Below, piece after piece: positions 60,305-64,000 of a stretch of 64,000 nt of DNA. Every line of letters starts with the position of its first letter. Positions within the stretch are counted from its first letter, which is position 1. Both the position numbers and the translations under genes were made by a program. Where the stretch lies: contig CAWHIJ010000003.1 in the NCBI GenBank assembly GCA_963829525.1, positions 2,080,001-2,144,000 of the forward strand, in the 5' to 3' direction. Under the pieces are notes generated by a model, which was not told the DNA's origin, ran no database searches, and was given only the letters and a program-made list of their open reading frames with translations. This stretch comes from an uncultured Actinomycetota bacterium (GTDB lineage Bacteria > Actinomycetota > Actinomycetes > JAHEKZ01).

Positions 60305-61171
60305 GCGCGCTCCGCCCACCACTGCTCGTCGAGGACGCCGCGGGCAACGATGACCGCCGGTCCCTTGAGATCAAGCTCACCGTCGGGGAGTTCGGTCACC
60401 CACACAGTTCCACCAGGAACATCGACACGAATGGTGGACGGCACCGTATCAACCGACGCGTCGGAGCGGCGTCGCCAAGCCCAGGCGGCGGCCACCGCAC
60501 CGGTGCCGCACGAGCGTGTCTCGCCCACTCCTCGCTCGTGCACGCGCATGGCGATCCGGTCTGCCGCACGCGGCACCACAAACTCGACGTTGACCCCATC
60601 GGGGAAGGCATCAGATGGTGCAACCTTTGGGGCGCTTGTGAGAGGCCCGGCGTCGGCCAGGTCGCTGACGAACACCACGGCATGCGGGTTGGGCACCCAC
60701 ACTGATGTCGCCGCCCATTCGCCACTTCCGACGTTGACTGAGATCGGGCGAGACGAGGTCGTCGCCGCCCCCATCCCCACAATCACGTCACCGTCGAGGA
60801 ATCGCACACTGCTCTCACCGCCTCTGGTCTGCACGACGAACTCGTCGGCTGCGACAAGACCCGCGTCGCGAAGGGCGAGGGCGAAGACGCGCGCGCCATT
60901 GCCGCACATCTCCGCGAGACTGCCGTCGGCGTTGCGGTAGTCCATGAACCATCCACCGTCATCTGCTGGCACCGCACGCAGTACTCCGTCGGCACCGAGC
61001 CCCTGGCGACGGTCGCAGAGTGCCCAAGCCTGACGTTCATTGAGCCCGAAGGAACCCTCGGGGTCGAAGAGCACGATGAAGTCGTTCTGGGTGCCGTGAC
61101 CTTTGAGGTAAGCCGGCGCCGATGAGGTCGGCGCTCCGCCAGCCCTCAGCCTGTCCTGACGCAGAGATCAC
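60301..61171 (-). CDS. dapF: Diaminopimelate epimerase (start codon out of frame in this sequence)
   Basis: KGHGTQNDF, EMCGNG and ERGVGETRSCGTG; no in-frame ATG/GTG upstream of KGHG; GTG at 61171 follows TAGGCT but is in another frame. Confidence 0.92.
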
Positions 61172-61181
61172 GAGCCAGAGC

Positions 61182-62075
61182 CTACGCGTCCTGCCACTCG
61201 ATCCGCGGGTCGCGGCCGAACCACGACTCCTGCCGGCGGACGAACCGGCGCGTTGCGGCGACCGTGTCGTCCCGGGCCTCCTGCTCGGTGCAATCGCCAG
61301 CAAGAAAGCTCAGGACTTGGGCGTACCCGAGGGCACGGGAGGCCGTTCGACCGTCGCGAAGTCCTGCCTGCTCGAGCCTGCGCACCTCGTCGACGAAACC
61401 CGCCTGCCACATGCGGTCGACCCGCTGCTGGATGCGCTCGTCGAGTTGTGGGCGCGGAGCACGGAGCCCGATGAGCTGCACAGCGGGGTTCGGTGCGAAG
61501 GTCGGCAGCTGCGCTGAGAACGACCCACGCATGGCTATCACCTCCAATGCGCGAATGATGCGCCGCCCGTTGGTCGGCAAAATGGCGATCGCTGCCGCCG
61601 GATCCAGCTGAGCCAACCGTTCGTGCAACATTTGCGGCCCGACGCGGATCAGCTCAGCGTCCAGCTCCGATCGGACCTTGGGGTCGGTGCCGGGGATGTC
61701 CCATCGATCGATGACGGCATGGACATACATTCCCGACCCACCGACCACAATCGGCACCTTGCCCCTCGCCCGGATCCCATCGATCGCCGCGAGTGCGAGC
61801 CTCTGGTACTCGGCCAACGTTGCCGTCTTCGTGACCGGCCAGACATCAAGCAGATGGTGCGCCACCCCCCGGCGGTCTGGTTCGGTGAGCTTCGCGGTGC
61901 CGATGTCCATCCCTCTGTACACCTGCATCGAGTCGGCGTTGACGACCTCTGCGCCCGCCCCGTCGGCCTCGCGTTGCAGCGCCAGTTCGACGGCGAGATC
62001 AGATTTTCCGACGGCCGTCGCACCGACGACGGCGATCAGTCGGAGCTGACCAGGCGGACGGGCCGCCCCACTCAC
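61182..62075 (-). CDS. miaA: tRNA dimethylallyltransferase
   Basis: GATAVGKS, DSMQVYRGMDIGTAK and VGGSGMY. Confidence 0.95.
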   Translation of the reverse strand: MSGAARPPGQLRLIAVVGATAVGKSDLAVELALQREADGAGAEVVNADSMQVYRGMDIGTAKLTEPDRRGVAHHLLDVWPVTKTATLAEYQRLALAAIDGIRARGKVPIVVGGSGMYVHAVIDRWDIPGTDPKVRSELDAELIRVGPQMLHERLAQLDPAAAIAILPTNGRRIIRALEVIAMRGSFSAQLPTFAPNPAVQLIGLRAPRPQLDERIQQRVDRMWQAGFVDEVRRLEQAGLRDGRTASRALGYAQVLSFLAGDCTEQEARDDTVAATRRFVRRQESWFGRDPRIEWQDA

Positions 62076-62797
62076 TCGTGCTCCCACGTCCACGTCGCCA
62101 CCATGTAGGCGACGCCGTACGGGGACTCGTCGGCCAAGAGCTCACCACGCCAGCGACCTGCACCAGTCGTTGCCTTGGCGGCACCAGCGACTATCTGCCA
62201 GGCCGGTCGCCCGGCCGCCGCAAATCGCGACGCCTGTTCAGCTTCGATCGCGGCGATGAAGTCGACGTCGACGTCGACCAGAGCCTGGGTCACACGCTCT
62301 TGCCACAGCTCGGCGCCTTCCACGAGGTATCCGGGTGCTTTGACTGTCAACCCAGCCGACCCGTCGCCCATCGCAACGATGGAGACCCGGTCGGCGCCGG
62401 CAGCCCACCGCTGACCCAAGGCGTCGGCGTCCCCGGCTGTCACAGACAGAGGCACCTCCTCGGCGCGAACGGACGGCCAGTCAGCGCGCTGCCCGAGCAG
62501 CCAAGACCCAACGGCCAGCGAGAGCGGCAGCGTCGCCGCAGGCTCAGGATGCGAACCCGGAATTACGGTTTGGGCGGCCACTCCGAATCCAGCGAACGAG
62601 CCCACCGAGCCCGGCCCAAAAGTGGCGAGCTGACTACCCGCACCGACCATTACAAGCAGATCCGGATCCGCCGCCCGCACCCGATCGAGTGCGGTGGCGC
62701 AGGCCTCGCGAACAGCCTCCAGCTCATGGGCGGCTCCGGCCGCGACATCGGGCACAAGCGCAGGAGGATGCGGGAGGACAGCTGCTGAGACGAGCAC
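62072..62797 (-). CDS. Extradiol dioxygenase subunit B-like (LigB fold) hypothetical protein
   Basis: AAVLPHPP, MGDGS..KAPG and PYGVAY; usual position between miaB and miaA. Confidence 0.8.
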   Translation of the reverse strand: MLVSAAVLPHPPALVPDVAAGAAHELEAVREACATALDRVRAADPDLLVMVGAGSQLATFGPGSVGSFAGFGVAAQTVIPGSHPEPAATLPLSLAVGSWLLGQRADWPSVRAEEVPLSVTAGDADALGQRWAAGADRVSIVAMGDGSAGLTVKAPGYLVEGAELWQERVTQALVDVDVDFIAAIEAEQASRFAAAGRPAWQIVAGAAKATTGAGRWRGELLADESPYGVAYMVATWTWEHE

Positions 62798-62799
62798 CG

Positions 62800-63999
62800 T
62801 CAGCGCACCCCGGCGGTACTCACTCCGACCGTCGGCAGCCCCAAGGGAACGGCCCCAAATGTTGTCGGGCCACTCACAGAACCAGCACCAACAGGGGCAC
62901 ACGAAATCTCCGACTGCCGGCGCTCCCAGGCGTCGCCGGCAGCAGTACGGCGAAGGTCCAGGGTTGGGCCATCGGCAACCAAGTGGTGCGGGGCGGCGTA
63001 CGTCACCTCGACGGTGACCAAATCACCTGGGCGCGGTATCGGGTCGGACTCCCCCGCCACCTCGGGGACGGTGAAATGCACCAGTCGGTTGTCGGCAGCT
63101 CGACCTGACTGCCGTCCGGTCGCCCCATCCTTGCGGCCTTCGCCCTCGGCGACGAGCACGTCTACCGTGCGCCCAATCTGACGCTTGCCTTCGTCCCACG
63201 CAATCTCGTCGACGAGCGTGACCAGCCTCTGGTAGCGCTCCTTGACCACATCAGCGGGAACCTGGCCCGGCATGTCCGCAGCTGGCGTCCCTGGACGCCT
63301 GGAGTACTGGAAGGTGAAGGCACTCGCGAACCGAGCGGACGCCGCGACCTCCATCGTCTGTTCAAAATCGGCATCAGTCTCGCCTGGGAACCCGACAATG
63401 ATGTCGGTGGTGATGGCCGCGTCCGGCATCGCAGCGCGCACCCGCTCAATGATGCCGAGGTACTTCTCGCGACGGTACGACCTGCGCATCGCCTTGAGCA
63501 CCGCATCCGAACCGGACTGCAACGGCATATGCAGCTGCGGCATGACGTTCGGTGTCTGGGCCATTGCTTCGATGACGTCGTCAGTGAAGTCACGCGGATG
63601 AGGCGAGGTGAACCGCACTCGCTCGAGGCCTTCGACCTCACCGCAGGCGCGCAGCAGCTTGCTGAAGGCGTACCGATCACCGAACTCAACCCCGTAGGAG
63701 TTGACGTTCTGACCGAGCAGGGTCACCTCAAGGACGCCCTCGTCAACGAGTGCGCGCACTTCACTGAGGATGTCACCGGGTCGCCGGTCTTTCTCGGCGC
63801 CGCGAAGCGCCGGAACGATGCAGAACGTGCACGAGTTGTTGCAACCAACACTGATCGACACCCAGCCGGCGTAAACCGATTCGCGACGCGTAGGCAAGGT
63901 GGAGGGAAACACCTCGAGCGACTCGAGGATCTCGACCTGGGCCTCCTGCTGTACCCGGGCTCGTTCGAGCAGGATCGGCAGCGCTCCGACGTTGTGCGT
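62800..63999 (-). CDS. miaB: tRNA methylthiotransferase MiaB (5' partial)
   Basis: CNNSCTFC radical SAM motif, [15 protein letters not shown] and TRAM domain. Confidence 0.96.
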   Translation of the reverse strand, partial: THNVGALPILLERARVQQEAQVEILESLEVFPSTLPTRRESVYAGWVSISVGCNNSCTFCIVPALRGAEKDRRPGDILSEVRALVDEGVLEVTLLGQNVNSYGVEFGDRYAFSKLLRACGEVEGLERVRFTSPHPRDFTDDVIEAMAQTPNVMPQLHMPLQSGSDAVLKAMRRSYRREKYLGIIERVRAAMPDAAITTDIIVGFPGETDADFEQTMEVAASARFASAFTFQYSRRPGTPAADMPGQVPADVVKERYQRLVTLVDEIAWDEGKRQIGRTVDVLVAEGEGRKDGATGRQSGRAADNRLVHFTVPEVAGESDPIPRPGDLVTVEVTYAAPHHLVADGPTLDLRRTAAGDAWERRQSEISCAPVGAGSVSGPTTFGAVPLGLPTVGVSTAGVR

Positions 64000-64000
64000 G

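Noticed and set aside
1-64000. CRISPR arrays, tRNA/rRNA genes, intact IS transposases, defence systems
   Set aside because: No regularly spaced repeats, cloverleaf motifs or matching protein signatures were seen by eye

Overview
High-GC actinobacterial DNA in three zones. (1) 1-18.8 kb is an accessory mosaic. It holds secreted and scavenging enzymes (cupredoxin plus multicopper oxidase, a BBOX/TmpA-like dioxygenase plus HD protein, metallophosphoesterase, sulfatase), methyltransferases, and several decayed genes (internally deleted SRPBCC, 5'-truncated serine resolvase plus a second resolvase relic, truncated RTX protein). It ends abruptly just downstream of the principal sigma factor gene. 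(2) 18.8-45.7 kb holds hrdB/sigA, DUF4192, small regulators and enzymes, arfB, and a three-gene cluster of secreted proteins with SipW/TasA-like signal peptides (candidate fibre system). (3) 45.7-64 kb is the conserved backbone nrdJ-nrdR-LysM-lexA-dinG-hflX-dapF-miaA-miaB, with clear SOS and NrdR boxes and an inserted TetR/amidohydrolase/PotD islet. Many frameshifts cluster at 41.9-49.2 kb, including in nrdJ, and are probably sequencing or assembly errors. No rRNA, tRNA or CRISPR array was seen. All calls come from motif recognition by eye; no searches were run.
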